DNA from: Vulcanimicrobiota bacterium
GTDB lineage: Bacteria; Vulcanimicrobiota; Vulcanimicrobiia; Eremiobacterales; Eremiobacteraceae
Assembly (NCBI GenBank): GCA_963812135.1
Contig: CAWETU010000001.1
Span: 928,001-992,000 of the forward strand
Direction: 5' to 3'
Length of the DNA: 64,000 nt
Shown: positions 10,729-20,809 of the stretch, in pieces
Position numbering within the stretch: position 1 is the first letter of the stretch
How the letters are laid out: every line of letters starts with the position of its first letter
Position numbers and translations under genes: made by a program
The notes under the pieces: generated by a model
What the model saw: the letters and a program-made list of their open reading frames with translations, nothing else
The model's database searches: none
Told to the model about the DNA's origin: nothing

Positions 10729-11235
10729 CTAGAACCGCAGCTCTTTGCGACCGGCCATCATGACGACGCCGACGATCGCGATGAGCAGGATGAAGGCGGT
10801 GACTTCGAAGGCGAACACGTGCGTCGTCAAGAGCTGCTGGCCGAACGTCGCAACCGTACCGAGGTCGGCGGTCGGCGCCGCGGCCGATTGCGCCCAGGCG
10901 ACGCGCAGGCCCGCGCCCATCACCGCGAGCGCGGCCAAGCCGGCGATGACCGATGGCGCGGTCTGGAACGCGAGGCGGCCCGCGCCGCGCTCGATCGGCT
11001 GCGCCCCGATCGTGAGCAGCGCGATCACGAAGAGGAACAACACGAGGATCGCGCCGGCGTAGATCAAGATCTGCATCATCGCCAAGAACTCGGCGGACAG
11101 CGTGAGGAACAAGACGCCGAGCGCCGTGAAGTTCACGATGAGTCCGACGACCGAATGCACCGGCTGGCGGCTTGCGACCACCCAGATACCCGACGCGATC
11201 AGCACGACCGCGCAGACCCAGAACAAGACGATCAC
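10729..11235 (-). CDS. nuoJ: NADH-quinone oxidoreductase subunit J
   Basis: PVHS, AEFLAMMQILIYAGAILVLFLF and FEVTAFILL motifs. GTG 11235 overlaps the nuoI stop (GTGA). The upstream part of the track ORF is a shadow of nuoI. Confidence 0.93.
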   Translation of the reverse strand: MIVLFWVCAVVLIASGIWVVASRQPVHSVVGLIVNFTALGVLFLTLSAEFLAMMQILIYAGAILVLFLFVIALLTIGAQPIERGAGRLAFQTAPSVIAGLAALAVMGAGLRVAWAQSAAAPTADLGTVATFGQQLLTTHVFAFEVTAFILLIAIVGVVMMAGRKELRF

Positions 11236-11813
11236 GTCGCGTCCGCCCCCGAGGTCGCGGAGGTAGCGGTCGGATTTATCCGACCATCCGCGTCGGCCGT
11301 CGCGGTCGAATTTATTTGACCGACTCCCGGATCGGTCTCGACGCCTGACTCGGTGTTCGCCAGATGCTGCGTGTAGGGGTCGCGCACGAGGAGCTTGTCC
11401 TTGCCGAAGACGAGGCGTTCGCGGGTGAAGTCGGCGATGTCGAAGCGCGGCGTCAGCACGATCGCGTCCGTCGGGCACGCCTCTTCGCACCAGCCGCAGA
11501 AGATGCAGCGCAGCATGTCGATCTCGTAGCGGTAGCCGTAGCGCTCGCCCGGCGACACGGGTTTGGCGGGATCGTTCTCCGCGCCGATGACCGTGATGGC
11601 GTTGGCGGGGCACGCGACGGCGCACAGCTCGCAGCCGATGCAACGTTCCATGCCGTCGTCGTATTTGCGCAACTCGTGCACGCCGCGGAAACGCTCCGGA
11701 TGCGGATATGGCTCGCGCGGATAGTCGATCGTCGACTTCTTGCGGAACAGATATTTCAGCGTCGTGCCCAAACCGATGACGATGCCTGCCGCGGCCTTGA
11801 ACGGATTGATCAT
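11232..11813 (-). CDS. nuoI: NADH-quinone oxidoreductase subunit I, with a C-terminal tail containing two REP-derived peptides
   Basis: CIGCELCAVACP and CIFCGWCEEACP 4Fe-4S motifs. ATG 11813 overlaps the nuoH stop. Confidence 0.95.
   Translation of the reverse strand: MINPFKAAAGIVIGLGTTLKYLFRKKSTIDYPREPYPHPERFRGVHELRKYDDGMERCIGCELCAVACPANAITVIGAENDPAKPVSPGERYGYRYEIDMLRCIFCGWCEEACPTDAIVLTPRFDIADFTRERLVFGKDKLLVRDPYTQHLANTESGVETDPGVGQINSTATADADGRINPTATSATSGADAT
11263..11286 (+). repeat. REP-like palindrome family 1, copy A (in nuoI)
   Basis: GTAG CGGTCGGAT TT ATCCGACCA, with a compensatory A-T to G-C pair in the stem. Reads GRINPTAT in nuoI. Confidence 0.85.
11299..11322 (+). repeat. REP-like palindrome family 1, copy B (in nuoI)
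   Basis: GTCG CGGTCGAAT TT ATTTGACCG, 36 nt from copy A. Reads GQINSTAT. Confidence 0.8.
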
Positions 11814-12820
11814 GCGCCCGTCCCCCGCAGCGCGACCAGCGCCGCCGTCACCAGCAGATTGAGCGCCGCGATCGGCAGCAGCACCTTCCAGCCGAATGCC
11901 ATGAGCCGGTCGTAGCGCAGCCGCGGCAGCGTCGCGCGCAGCCAGATGAACGAGAAGAGCAATGCAGCGACCTTGACCAAGAACCAGAAGATCGACAGCC
12001 ACGGGACGACGGAGACGAACGGGCCGTCGCCGCCGCCGAGGAACAGCAGCGTCGCGATCGCCGAGACGGTGATCATGTTGACGTATTCGGCGACGAAAAA
12101 CGTGCCAAAGCGCAAGCTTGAATACTCGGTGTGGAATCCGGCGACCAGCTCGGTCTCTGCTTCGGGCAGGTCGAACGGCGCGCGATTCGTCTCGGCGGTC
12201 GCCGTGATGCCGTAGATGAGGAACCCGATCAGCTGCGGGATGATGAACCAGACGTGATGCGCGCTCTGGGCCGAGACGATGCCCTGCAGATCGGTGGTGC
12301 CGGCAAGGATCAGCACGCCGACGATTGATAGTCCCATCGCGAGCTCGTACGAGATCAACTGCGCGGTCGAACGGATCGCGCCGAGCAGCGACCACTTCGA
12401 TTGCGAAGCCCAACCGCCCAGCGCGATGCCGTAGACGCCGATCGCGCCCATCGCGAGCAGGAACAAGATGCCGACGTTCGGGTTGGCGATCGAGATGGGC
12501 GTGCCGTCCGGGAACGTGCCGAAGGGGATGACCGCGTATGCCATGAGCGCGGTGAGCACCGCGAGCGCCGGCGCGATCTTGTAGATGAACGGGTCGGCGG
12601 TGGCGGGTGTGAGATCTTCTTTAAGGACGAGCTTGACGGCGTCCGCCGCGGGCTGCATCAGACCCCACGGTCCGCACCAGATCGGTCCGACGCGCAGCTG
12701 GAACCACGCGAGCAGCTTGCGCTCGAACAGCATCAGATACGCGAATGACGTCACCACGATGAAGATGAGCAGGCCTGCCTTGATCGCGATGACGATCGCG
12801 AGCGCGAGAGCCGGATTCAC
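11810..12820 (-). CDS. nuoH: NADH-quinone oxidoreductase subunit H
   Basis: ERK..Q.RVGP, AETNRAPFDLPEAETELVAGFHTEYS and LPRLRYDRLM motifs. Confidence 0.97.
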   Translation of the reverse strand: MNPALALAIVIAIKAGLLIFIVVTSFAYLMLFERKLLAWFQLRVGPIWCGPWGLMQPAADAVKLVLKEDLTPATADPFIYKIAPALAVLTALMAYAVIPFGTFPDGTPISIANPNVGILFLLAMGAIGVYGIALGGWASQSKWSLLGAIRSTAQLISYELAMGLSIVGVLILAGTTDLQGIVSAQSAHHVWFIIPQLIGFLIYGITATAETNRAPFDLPEAETELVAGFHTEYSSLRFGTFFVAEYVNMITVSAIATLLFLGGGDGPFVSVVPWLSIFWFLVKVAALLFSFIWLRATLPRLRYDRLMAFGWKVLLPIAALNLLVTAALVALRGTGA

Positions 12821-15195
12821 GCGGTCGCCTCCTCGCGCACGGCCGGCGTCACGATCACGCGACCGGAACCCGACGCGTCGAGCAACCGGTTGACGGGCGC
12901 TTGCGGCATGTCCGCGATGACGAGCACCGAGCCGACCGGGGCACTCGAATCCACGCGCGCGGCGACGGTGATCGAGCCGTTGCTGCCCGAAAGCGTGATC
13001 ATGCGCCCGTCGGCGATGCCGAGCAGCAGCGCGTCATCCTCGTGGAACACGGCGCACGGCGTAGGCCGCATCGGCGCGATACCGGGGTCGTGGGCGGCGG
13101 CACCACCGCCAGCGTAGAGCTTCGGGATCGAAATCACGGTGAACGTCTTGCGCTGAGCGTCGAGCGTGTCGCCGTGCTTGGCCGCCAATGGGGCCACCTT
13201 GGGGCGCGCGAGCGACGCGCTTGCGGGCGCGGCGCGGCGCGCGGCGTCGAGCCGCGCGAAAAGCCAATCCGGGTCGGCGGAGAGCATATCGGCTTTGCCC
13301 ATCGCCTGTGCGATCGACGCCAGGATGGCGGCGTCCGTCGCGACATGCACCGGCGCCTCGACGGCCTGCGCAAACGGTTGTTGCCGGCCTTCGAGGTTCG
13401 TCACGTGGCCGCGCTTTTCGGCGAACGAGGCGGCGGCGAACACGACATCCGCGTACGAAGCGGTCTCCGTCATGAGCTGATCGGCGACCGCGAGAAACGG
13501 AACCGTCTCGAGCGCTTTGCGTGCGAGCGCCCCATCCGGATACGTCAGCGCCGGATTTGCGCCGGCGATGAACAGCGCATCGAGCTTGCCGTCGGCCGCC
13601 GCTTGCAGCATTTCGCCGGTCGTGAGTCCAGGCGTCGCCACCCCGACGTATCCAGGACCAAGATTTGGCACGCAGCCTGCCGCTTCGGCGCCGCGCGAGT
13701 TGCCCTGGCTGCCGACGACGAGGATGCCGGCCGCGCGGCCCTTGGACACCAGCGTCTCGATGAGCCGCTCCAACGCAGCGGCCGCAGCGGTATTGCGTCC
13801 ATTATGGATCGCGACGACTTTGCTCGCGTTCGCCAACGCCGATGTGAGTTCGCCCGTGAATCCGCCGGCCGGCTGCGCGCCTTGCGCGAGCGCGTCGGCG
13901 AGGGACTCCATCAGGCCGCCGATGGCGTCGCTCGTGTGCTCGATGTACTGGAACGGCACGGTGATCTGCGGTTTGAAGGGCCCGACGAAGATGAGCTGTG
14001 CGCCGCGATGCGACACCGCGCGCCGCACGCGCAGGTCGAGGATCGGCGCCTGCTCGGCGGTCACCGCGCCGAAGACCACGATGAGCGATGCGTCGTCGAT
14101 GTCGGTCAGCGTCGCGCCGAAACGTGCCGGCGACGCGAATTTTTGCGAGCGCACGCGGTGATCGATGTTGTTCGTGCCCAGCACGTCGCGGGCCAAGCCT
14201 TGCAGTGCGAACGCTTCTTCATCCGAGAGACGGCCGCCGCCGATCACGCCGACGCGGCCGCTGCGCGCGGCGATCCCGAGTTTCTCGGCGGTCAAGGCCA
14301 CCGCTTCGGCGAATGACGCGGGTTCGAGATCGCCGTCGCGCCGCACGAGAGGCTTGCGCAAGCGCGCGGGTTCGTACATATAATTGAAGGTGTAACGCCC
14401 GCGGTCGCAGATCCATCCGCCGTCGACCTCGGGGTTCTCGCGGGTGAACGTGCGCATGATGTGTCCGAAGCGCGAGTCGATGCGATAGTTGCAGCCGACC
14501 GAGCACTGCGTGCACACTGAATCCGCGTGGCCGAGGTCCCATGGCCGGGCACGGAAGCGATACGCCTTGCTCGTGAGCGCGCCGACCGGACAGATCTCCG
14601 TCGTGTTGCCGGAGAAATACGACGCGTAGTCGCCGCCGTCGATCGTGCCGATCAGCGATTGGTGGCCGCGTTCGACCACGACGAGGTTACGCTCTTGCGC
14701 GATCTCGTCGTCGAAGCGCGTGCAGCGCCGGCATAAAATGCAGCGCTCTTCGTCCAGCACGATCGTCGGGCCGAGGTCGACGCGTTTTGGCTTATGCAGC
14801 TTGGGCTCGGTCAGCCGGCTGGCGCCCGGGCCGTACTCCATCGTGAAGTCTTGCAGATCGCACTCGCCGCCCTTGTCGCAGATCGGGCAATCCAAGGGAT
14901 GATTGAGCAGCAAAAACTCGAGCACGCCGCGACGCGCTTCGGCGACTTTCGGAGACATCGTGTGGACGACCATGCCTTCGGTCACGCGCGTCGCGCACGC
15001 GATCTGCAGCTTGGGCGTCTTCTCGATCTCGACCAGACAGATGCGGCACAGGCCGACCGGTGCCATCTTCGGGTGGTAGCAATACACGGGTACCTGGGTG
15101 CCGAGCGTTTTTGCCGCTTCGACGACCAGCGTGCCATCCGGCACGTTGACCTCTTGGCCGTCGATCAGCAGCTTCACCATCTTCGGTTCGCTCAT
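12817..15195 (-). CDS. nuoG: NADH-quinone oxidoreductase subunit G
   Basis: YCYH, CRIC, HPLDCPICDKGGEC, CILCRRC, CPVGAL and the extra CTQCSVGC..ICDRGR cluster motif. ATG 15195 overlaps the nuoF stop. Confidence 0.95.
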   Translation of the reverse strand: MSEPKMVKLLIDGQEVNVPDGTLVVEAAKTLGTQVPVYCYHPKMAPVGLCRICLVEIEKTPKLQIACATRVTEGMVVHTMSPKVAEARRGVLEFLLLNHPLDCPICDKGGECDLQDFTMEYGPGASRLTEPKLHKPKRVDLGPTIVLDEERCILCRRCTRFDDEIAQERNLVVVERGHQSLIGTIDGGDYASYFSGNTTEICPVGALTSKAYRFRARPWDLGHADSVCTQCSVGCNYRIDSRFGHIMRTFTRENPEVDGGWICDRGRYTFNYMYEPARLRKPLVRRDGDLEPASFAEAVALTAEKLGIAARSGRVGVIGGGRLSDEEAFALQGLARDVLGTNNIDHRVRSQKFASPARFGATLTDIDDASLIVVFGAVTAEQAPILDLRVRRAVSHRGAQLIFVGPFKPQITVPFQYIEHTSDAIGGLMESLADALAQGAQPAGGFTGELTSALANASKVVAIHNGRNTAAAAALERLIETLVSKGRAAGILVVGSQGNSRGAEAAGCVPNLGPGYVGVATPGLTTGEMLQAAADGKLDALFIAGANPALTYPDGALARKALETVPFLAVADQLMTETASYADVVFAAASFAEKRGHVTNLEGRQQPFAQAVEAPVHVATDAAILASIAQAMGKADMLSADPDWLFARLDAARRAAPASASLARPKVAPLAAKHGDTLDAQRKTFTVISIPKLYAGGGAAAHDPGIAPMRPTPCAVFHEDDALLLGIADGRMITLSGSNGSITVAARVDSSAPVGSVLVIADMPQAPVNRLLDASGSGRVIVTPAVREEATA

Positions 15196-16487
15196 GCCAC
15201 ACCCGCCACTGCCGCTTTGAGCGGGCAGCCGCCTTGCGTCACGTGCGCCTTGAACTCGTCGGGGAAGCGGCGTAACACCGACAGCAAGAACGGCATGATC
15301 GAGTCGCCGAGCGGGCACAGGTTCGTGCCGGTCAAGGTGTTGTTGATGACGCCGAGCACGCGCAGGTCTTCATCGGACCCTTCGCCCGCTTCCAGTCGCG
15401 ACACCATGCGCGCGACCCACTGGCCGCCTTCGCGGCACGGCGTGCACTGGCCGCACGATTCGTGCTCGAAGAAACGCGTGAGCGTCTTCGCGCAGCGCAC
15501 CATGCATGCGGTGTCATCCATGACCACGAAGCCGCCCGAACCGAGCATCGTGCGCTTGGCCGCGAGCGAATCGAAGTCGATGCCCACGTCGAGATCTTCC
15601 GCGAACAGCGCCGCGGAGGACGCGCCGCCGGGTTGGAAGGCTTTGAGGGTGCGCTTGGGCAGCAAGCCGCCCGCATATTCCTCGATCAGCTCGCGCGCGG
15701 GGATGCCGAGCGGCACTTCATAGTTGCCGGGCCGGCGGACGTGGCCGCTGACCGACATGATCTTGGGGCCAGGCGATTTCTCGGGCCCGATCGCCGCGAA
15801 CCACGGCGCACCGCGCTCGATGATGTGCTTGACGTAGCCCAGCGTCTCCACGTTGTTGATGACCGTCGGCATGCCGTAGAGTCCGGCGATGGCGGGGAAC
15901 GGAGGCTTGAGGCGCGGCTCGCCGCGCTTGCCCTCGATCGATTCGAGCTGCGCGGTCTCCTCGCCGCAGATGTACGCACCCGCGCCCCGGTGGATCACGA
16001 CGTTCAGGGAGTAATCGGTGCCGAGGATGCGTTCGCCGACGTAGCCGCGCTGCGTCGCCGCGTCGAGCGCCCGGCGGAAGATGCGCGAACCCTCGAGGAA
16101 TTCACCGCGTATATAGATGTAGGCTTGCGTCGAGCCGATGGCATACGCCGCGATGACCAGACCTTCAATGATCTGCAGCGGCGTCTGCTCGAGCAGCATG
16201 CGGTCCTTGAACGTCCCTGGCTCGGCTTCGTCGCAATTGCAGACGAGGTAACGCGGCCGTCCGTCTTTGGGCAAGAAACCCCACTTGCGGCCCGTCGGGA
16301 AGCCGGCGCCGCCGCGCCCGCGCAGGTTCGAAGCCGTGATCTCGGTGGTGACCGACTCTGGCGTCATCTCTTTGAGCGCCTTCTTGAGCCCGGCGAATCC
16401 GCCGTCGCGCTCGTACACGTCGATGTCGGTCAGGTCCAACTGCCCGATGCCCTTCATGAGGACCGGTTCAAATGTCGCCATCGTCAT
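15192..16487 (-). CDS. nuoF: NADH-quinone oxidoreductase subunit F
   Basis: LRGRGGAGFPTG, NCDEAEPGTFKDR, GAGAYICGEET and ESCGQCTPCREG motifs. Confidence 0.97.
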   Translation of the reverse strand: MTMATFEPVLMKGIGQLDLTDIDVYERDGGFAGLKKALKEMTPESVTTEITASNLRGRGGAGFPTGRKWGFLPKDGRPRYLVCNCDEAEPGTFKDRMLLEQTPLQIIEGLVIAAYAIGSTQAYIYIRGEFLEGSRIFRRALDAATQRGYVGERILGTDYSLNVVIHRGAGAYICGEETAQLESIEGKRGEPRLKPPFPAIAGLYGMPTVINNVETLGYVKHIIERGAPWFAAIGPEKSPGPKIMSVSGHVRRPGNYEVPLGIPARELIEEYAGGLLPKRTLKAFQPGGASSAALFAEDLDVGIDFDSLAAKRTMLGSGGFVVMDDTACMVRCAKTLTRFFEHESCGQCTPCREGGQWVARMVSRLEAGEGSDEDLRVLGVINNTLTGTNLCPLGDSIMPFLLSVLRRFPDEFKAHVTQGGCPLKAAVAGVA

Positions 16488-16978
16488 TCGGCCGGCATCG
16501 CCGGTTGCGGCAGTTGCGAGCTCCAAGTGTCGAGCAGCGCGTCAAACGCCGGCGCGGTGACGTCATAGTGGAACTCAAGGTTGTGCTGCAGGCACGGCGC
16601 GCGGTCGCACGCCGCCAAACACTCGACCTCTTCGTAGTAGAACTGCCCGTCGGCCGATGTCTCGAGATGGCCGATGCCGAGGCGGCGCTTGATGTGGTCC
16701 TGCAAGTCCTCGGCGCCGCGCAGCATGCACGACATCGTGCGGCACACCTGGATGATGTGCTTGCCGACCGGCTCCTTGAAGAGCAGCGTATAAAAGGAAG
16801 CGATCGATTCGACCTCGCCCGGGGTGATGCCGACCACCTCGGCTGCGTCGCGCATGGCTTGGGTGGTCACGTAGCCGTCCTGCGCTTGGCAGAACTGCAA
16901 GAACGGGATCAGCGCGGACTGCGGCTTCGGGTAGCGCGCCATGAGCTCGCGCGCGCGCTCGGCGCGTTCGGGCGTCAT
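16484..16978 (-). CDS. nuoE: NADH-quinone oxidoreductase subunit E
   Basis: SFY, VCRTMSC and ECLAACDRAP 2Fe-2S motifs. ATG 16978 overlaps the nuoD stop. Confidence 0.95.
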   Translation of the reverse strand: MTPERAERARELMARYPKPQSALIPFLQFCQAQDGYVTTQAMRDAAEVVGITPGEVESIASFYTLLFKEPVGKHIIQVCRTMSCMLRGAEDLQDHIKRRLGIGHLETSADGQFYYEEVECLAACDRAPCLQHNLEFHYDVTAPAFDALLDTWSSQLPQPAMPAE

Positions 16979-18207
16979 CGGTCGACCTCGCCGAACACCG
17001 GGTCCAAACTGCCGATGATCGCCACCACATCCGCCACGAGGTTGCCCGGCGCCAGCTTGCGCAGCGCTTGGAGGTTGTAGAACGATGGCGGGCGCCAGCG
17101 CACGCGCCACGGCTTGTTGCCGCCTGCGCTCGTGACGTACATCCCGAGCTCGCCGCGCGGGCTCTCCACCGATTGATAGATGTGGCCTTCCGGCACGTTG
17201 AAGCCCGACGACACGAGTTTGAAGTGGTGGATCAGCGCTTCCATCGAGTGTTGGATCTCGGTCTTGGGGGGCGGCAGGATCTTGCGGTCGCTGATCGTGA
17301 CCGGTCCGTCCGGAAATTTTTCGCGCGCTTGCTTGATGATGCGCCACGCTTGATACATCTCGTCGAGCCGCACGACGAAGCGCGAATAGCTGTCGCCGCC
17401 CGTGTGCGTGCAGATGTCGAAATCGTACGTCTCATAACCGCTGTACGGCAGCGCCTTGCGCACGTCGTACGGGATGCCGCTGCCGCGCAGGATCGGTCCG
17501 GTCATGCCCCAATCGATCGCCTCTTGCGGCGTGATCACGCCGACGCCGATCAGACGATCCATGATGATGACGTTCTTCTCGAGGATGGCGCGCATATCGG
17601 TCAGGCGCTCGGGGAAAAGGCCGATGAAGTCGTCCAACTTCGCGAGGAAGCCCTTGGGCACGTCGATGGCGAGGCCGCCGATGCGGAACCAGGACTGATG
17701 CATGCGCGCGCCCGTGACGAATTCCATGATCTCGAGGATGCGCTCGCGCATCTCGAACGCGTACATGAAGATCGATTGCGCGCCGAGATCCATGGCGTGC
17801 GTGCCGAGCTGCACCAAGTGGCTGGCGATGCGCGTGAGCTCGGTGAACATCACGCGCAGCACTTGGGCGCGCGGCGGGATGTTGTCGATGCCGAGCAGCC
17901 GCTCGGCAGCGAGCACGTAACACAGGCTGTTCGAGAGCGGCGCGAGGTAATCGGCGCGATCGACGACGGTGACCGCCTGTTGCCAGAAAAGATTCTCGGC
18001 CTGTTTTTCGATGCCCGTATGAAGGAAGCCGATCTCGGGCTCCGCGGTGACCACCGTCTCGCCGTCGAGCCGCAACATCACCCGCAGCACGCCGTGCGTG
18101 CTCGGATGCTGCGGTCCCATCGACAGGACGAGCGTATCGCGCTCATCGCCCGGCGTGGCCGTCACATCTTTTTCGGCTTCGAACACCGACAGATCGGTGG
18201 TGCTCAT
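16975..18207 (-). CDS. nuoD: NADH-quinone oxidoreductase subunit D
   Basis: [19 protein letters not shown] and C-terminal GEVDR. Confidence 0.97.
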   Translation of the reverse strand: MSTTDLSVFEAEKDVTATPGDERDTLVLSMGPQHPSTHGVLRVMLRLDGETVVTAEPEIGFLHTGIEKQAENLFWQQAVTVVDRADYLAPLSNSLCYVLAAERLLGIDNIPPRAQVLRVMFTELTRIASHLVQLGTHAMDLGAQSIFMYAFEMRERILEIMEFVTGARMHQSWFRIGGLAIDVPKGFLAKLDDFIGLFPERLTDMRAILEKNVIIMDRLIGVGVITPQEAIDWGMTGPILRGSGIPYDVRKALPYSGYETYDFDICTHTGGDSYSRFVVRLDEMYQAWRIIKQAREKFPDGPVTISDRKILPPPKTEIQHSMEALIHHFKLVSSGFNVPEGHIYQSVESPRGELGMYVTSAGGNKPWRVRWRPPSFYNLQALRKLAPGNLVADVVAIIGSLDPVFGEVDR

Positions 18208-18800
18208 TTGGTCACCACCGGCGGCACGGGACCGGGCAGCCCGCCGGGATTGAAGCGACGGTTGAGCCCGCGCAGCGGATAATCTTTACGCAGCGGATAG
18301 CCTTCCCAATCGTCGGGCATCAGAATCCGTCGCAGGTCCGGATGGCCGTCAAACCGGACGCCGAACAGATCCCACACTTCACGCTCCGGCCAGTTCGCGT
18401 TCGGCCACCGGCTGCACAGCGAGGGCACGACCGGATCGATATCGCTCGGGAAGACTCGCAGCCGGAATCTTTCCGGCACCAATGTAGCGGTCGAATTTAT
18501 TCGACCGGTCGCTTCCTTGCGTTCGGCCCTTTGGATGCGCTCGAGCGGGAACGCGAGGAAATGATACGAGATCTCAAAGCGCGGCGTGAGCGGGAGGTGG
18601 TCGGTGCCGCCGATATCGAGCAAATGGTTGAAGCCTGCCGCGCGCGCCAGGTCGACGGCAGCGAGCAGTCCGGCAGCCAAGATCGCGGCTTCGTCCATGT
18701 CGGCGGCTGAGACCGCCTCGACGAACGACGGGCCGAGCGATTGCGCGAGCTGGGCGAGAAGCGCTGAACTCGCAGCGCGTCCGGCGACGGCCTCAGGCAC
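18204..18800 (-). CDS. nuoC: NADH-quinone oxidoreductase subunit C, with a loop insertion containing a REP-derived peptide
   Basis: RFEISYH and [37 protein letters not shown] motifs. Confidence 0.95.
   Translation of the reverse strand: MPEAVAGRAASSALLAQLAQSLGPSFVEAVSAADMDEAAILAAGLLAAVDLARAAGFNHLLDIGGTDHLPLTPRFEISYHFLAFPLERIQRAERKEATGRINSTATLVPERFRLRVFPSDIDPVVPSLCSRWPNANWPEREVWDLFGVRFDGHPDLRRILMPDDWEGYPLRKDYPLRGLNRRFNPGGLPGPVPPVVTK
18484..18507 (+). repeat. REP-like palindrome family 1, copy C (in nuoC)
   Basis: GTAG CGGTCGAAT TT ATTCGACCG, a perfect 9-bp stem identical to copy E. Reads GRINSTAT. Confidence 0.9.
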
Positions 18801-19275
18801 GCGCCAGCACGTTGGCCTTGCCGCCGGCTTCGATCTCGCGCCGCAGTTGCATGAGCGCGTAGATCAACGCGTCGGGGCTCGGCGGGCAGCCGGGGACGTA
18901 CACATCGACGGGCAAGATCGAATCGACGCCCGGCAAGATGGCGTAGTTGTCGAAGATGCCGCCGGACGACGCGCATGCGCCCATCGAGATGACCCATTTC
19001 GGATCCGGCATCTGCTCGTAGAGCTGGCGCAGGATGGGCGCCATCTTGTTCGCGACACGCCCGGACACGATCATGAGATCGCTTTGGCGCGGCGACGAGC
19101 GGAAGACCTCCGCGCCGAAGCGCGACGTGTCGTAGCGCGGCGAGACGATGCTCATCATCTCGATCGCGCAGCATGCGAGGCCCATGGTCATCGGCCAGAT
19201 CGCGGACGTCTGCGCCCAGCGCGTGAATTCATCGAGTTTGGTGGTGATGAACGGCTGCTGCGGGCTCATCTCCAT
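18793..19275 (-). CDS. nuoB: NADH-quinone oxidoreductase subunit B
   Basis: [25 protein letters not shown] and [10 protein letters not shown] motifs. The start is ATG 19275 or 19269. Confidence 0.97.
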   Translation of the reverse strand: MEMSPQQPFITTKLDEFTRWAQTSAIWPMTMGLACCAIEMMSIVSPRYDTSRFGAEVFRSSPRQSDLMIVSGRVANKMAPILRQLYEQMPDPKWVISMGACASSGGIFDNYAILPGVDSILPVDVYVPGCPPSPDALIYALMQLRREIEAGGKANVLARA

Positions 19276-19625
19276 GAGAAACCGCCCTTCTTCCAGACGT
19301 ACGCGTAGCCGATGCCAAGCACGACGATGAACGCGACCATCTCGAGCAATCCGAACGTGCCGAGCTGGCGCAAACGGACGGCCCATGGATAGAACGACGC
19401 CGCTTCGACGTCGAAGATGACGAAGAGCATCGCGACCAAGTAGAAACGCACGGGGAAGCGCCCGACCATCGGCGAGGTCGGGGGCACGCCGCACTCATAC
19501 GGTTCGAGCTTTTCGACCGTCGGGCGCTTCTTGGTGAAAATGCCAGGCACAATAGCGATGAGCGTCGCCACCACGACGGCGACGACGAAATAGATCAGGA
19601 TGGCGGACCAGGCGGATTCGGGCAC
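19266..19625 (-). CDS. nuoA: NADH-quinone oxidoreductase subunit A
   Basis: [19 protein letters not shown] and YVWKKG motifs. AGGGGA ribosome-binding site before the GTG. Confidence 0.96.
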   Translation of the reverse strand: MPESAWSAILIYFVVAVVVATLIAIVPGIFTKKRPTVEKLEPYECGVPPTSPMVGRFPVRFYLVAMLFVIFDVEAASFYPWAVRLRQLGTFGLLEMVAFIVVLGIGYAYVWKKGGFSWR

Positions 19626-19695
19626 GGTTCCCCTGTATGGCCCCGCGCGTTAGCGTGCGCGGGGAAGAATTACGCTTTGCGAGACGTCCGCTGAG

Positions 19696-19715
19696 TTTGT
19701 GAAAATATTCCCAAA
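19696..19715. promoter_or_regulatory. Putative Rex operator upstream of nuoA
   Basis: TTTGTGAA-AATA-TTCCCAAA is one mismatch from the Rex consensus TTGTGAA-W4-TTCACAA and lies about 70 bp upstream of nuoA. Confidence 0.65.
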
Positions 19716-19740
19716 GTCCCCCCGTTCGAACGCCTCGCCC

Positions 19741-19764
19741 CGGTCGAATAAACTCGACCGCTAC
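19741..19764 (-). repeat. REP-like palindrome family 1, copy D (overlaps the cysteine synthase stop codon)
   Basis: Minus strand GTAG CGGTCGAGT TT ATTCGACCG. The TAG of GTAG is the stop codon at 19761-19763. Confidence 0.85.
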
Positions 19765-20762
19765 AAGAACTCGAGGCCGGTGGCGGTGGGCGTCAAGTGG
19801 TTCTCCGCCAGCCACTCTGCGTTGTACAGACGGGACATCGAGCGCGCCCCGCCGTCGCACAAGATGGTGACGACATTGCTCCCGGGAGGGCAGTCCTTAG
19901 CCACGCGTGCGGCGGCGGTCACATTTACGCCGGACGAGCCACCCAAGAACAATCCTTCCTCACGCAACAGGTAGTGCACCATCTCGACCATCGACCGATC
20001 GTCGACGCGTACCGCGTCATCGGCTCGGGCGCCTTTGAAGTTGTCGGTGATCCGCTTGATGCCGATGCCTTCGGCGATCGACTCGCCGACGACGTCGAGC
20101 ATGCCCGCCGTGATGTAGCAATACAGAGAGGAGCCGAGCGGATCGGCGAGCACGCAGCGGATATTCTGATCGCGCTCTTTCAAGTAGGATGAAACGCCGG
20201 CGAACGTGCCGCCCGTCCCCGCCGCGGCGACGAACGCGGCGATCGATCCGCCGTTGTCCGACCAGATTTCAGGTCCCGTCGTCTCGTGGTGCGCGCGCCG
20301 GTTGGCAGGGTTATTGAACTGGTCGGCCCACAACGCGCCGGGAATCGATTGAGCGATGCGCTGCGCCACGTGATAATAGTTGTTCTCGTCCGCGAACGGC
20401 ACTGAGGGCACGATGCGCACGTCGGCGCCGAGGACGCGCAACAGGTCGAACTTCTCGGACGATTGGTCGTCGGGGATGACGATGATCGTGCGATACCCGC
20501 GCGCGTTGCCCAACAACGCCAGCGCGATCCCGGTGTTGCCAGCCGTGCCTTCGACGATTGTTCCGCCCGGCTTGAGCGTGCCCGCCGCCTCGGCGGATTC
20601 GATGATGAATTTCGCCGCGCGGTCCTTGACCGATCCGCCGGGGTTGAGATGTTCGGCCTTGCCGAGGATGTTGCGGCCAAGCGCGTCGGACAGGCGCGGG
20701 ATGCGGACGAGCGGCGTATCGCCGACCGTTGCGAAGAGATCGCGCTTGATGCCGCCCGCCAT
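19761..20762 (-). CDS. Cysteine synthase (PLP-dependent, CysK/CysM family)
   Basis: GKAEHLNPGGSVKDR, EGTAGNTG and GTGGT motifs. Confidence 0.93.
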   Translation of the reverse strand: MAGGIKRDLFATVGDTPLVRIPRLSDALGRNILGKAEHLNPGGSVKDRAAKFIIESAEAAGTLKPGGTIVEGTAGNTGIALALLGNARGYRTIIVIPDDQSSEKFDLLRVLGADVRIVPSVPFADENNYYHVAQRIAQSIPGALWADQFNNPANRRAHHETTGPEIWSDNGGSIAAFVAAAGTGGTFAGVSSYLKERDQNIRCVLADPLGSSLYCYITAGMLDVVGESIAEGIGIKRITDNFKGARADDAVRVDDRSMVEMVHYLLREEGLFLGGSSGVNVTAAARVAKDCPPGSNVVTILCDGGARSMSRLYNAEWLAENHLTPTATGLEFL

Positions 20763-20809
20763 GTCGCCAAAAGGCTACCCACCGGTTGCGCGGAATACCT
20801 GCGACTGCG

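Noticed and set aside
11263..11322. Tandem palindromes here and at 34614-34664 as a mini CRISPR array
   Set aside because: Only two units per site, spacers of 12 and 3 nt, no cas genes, and they lie within coding sequence.
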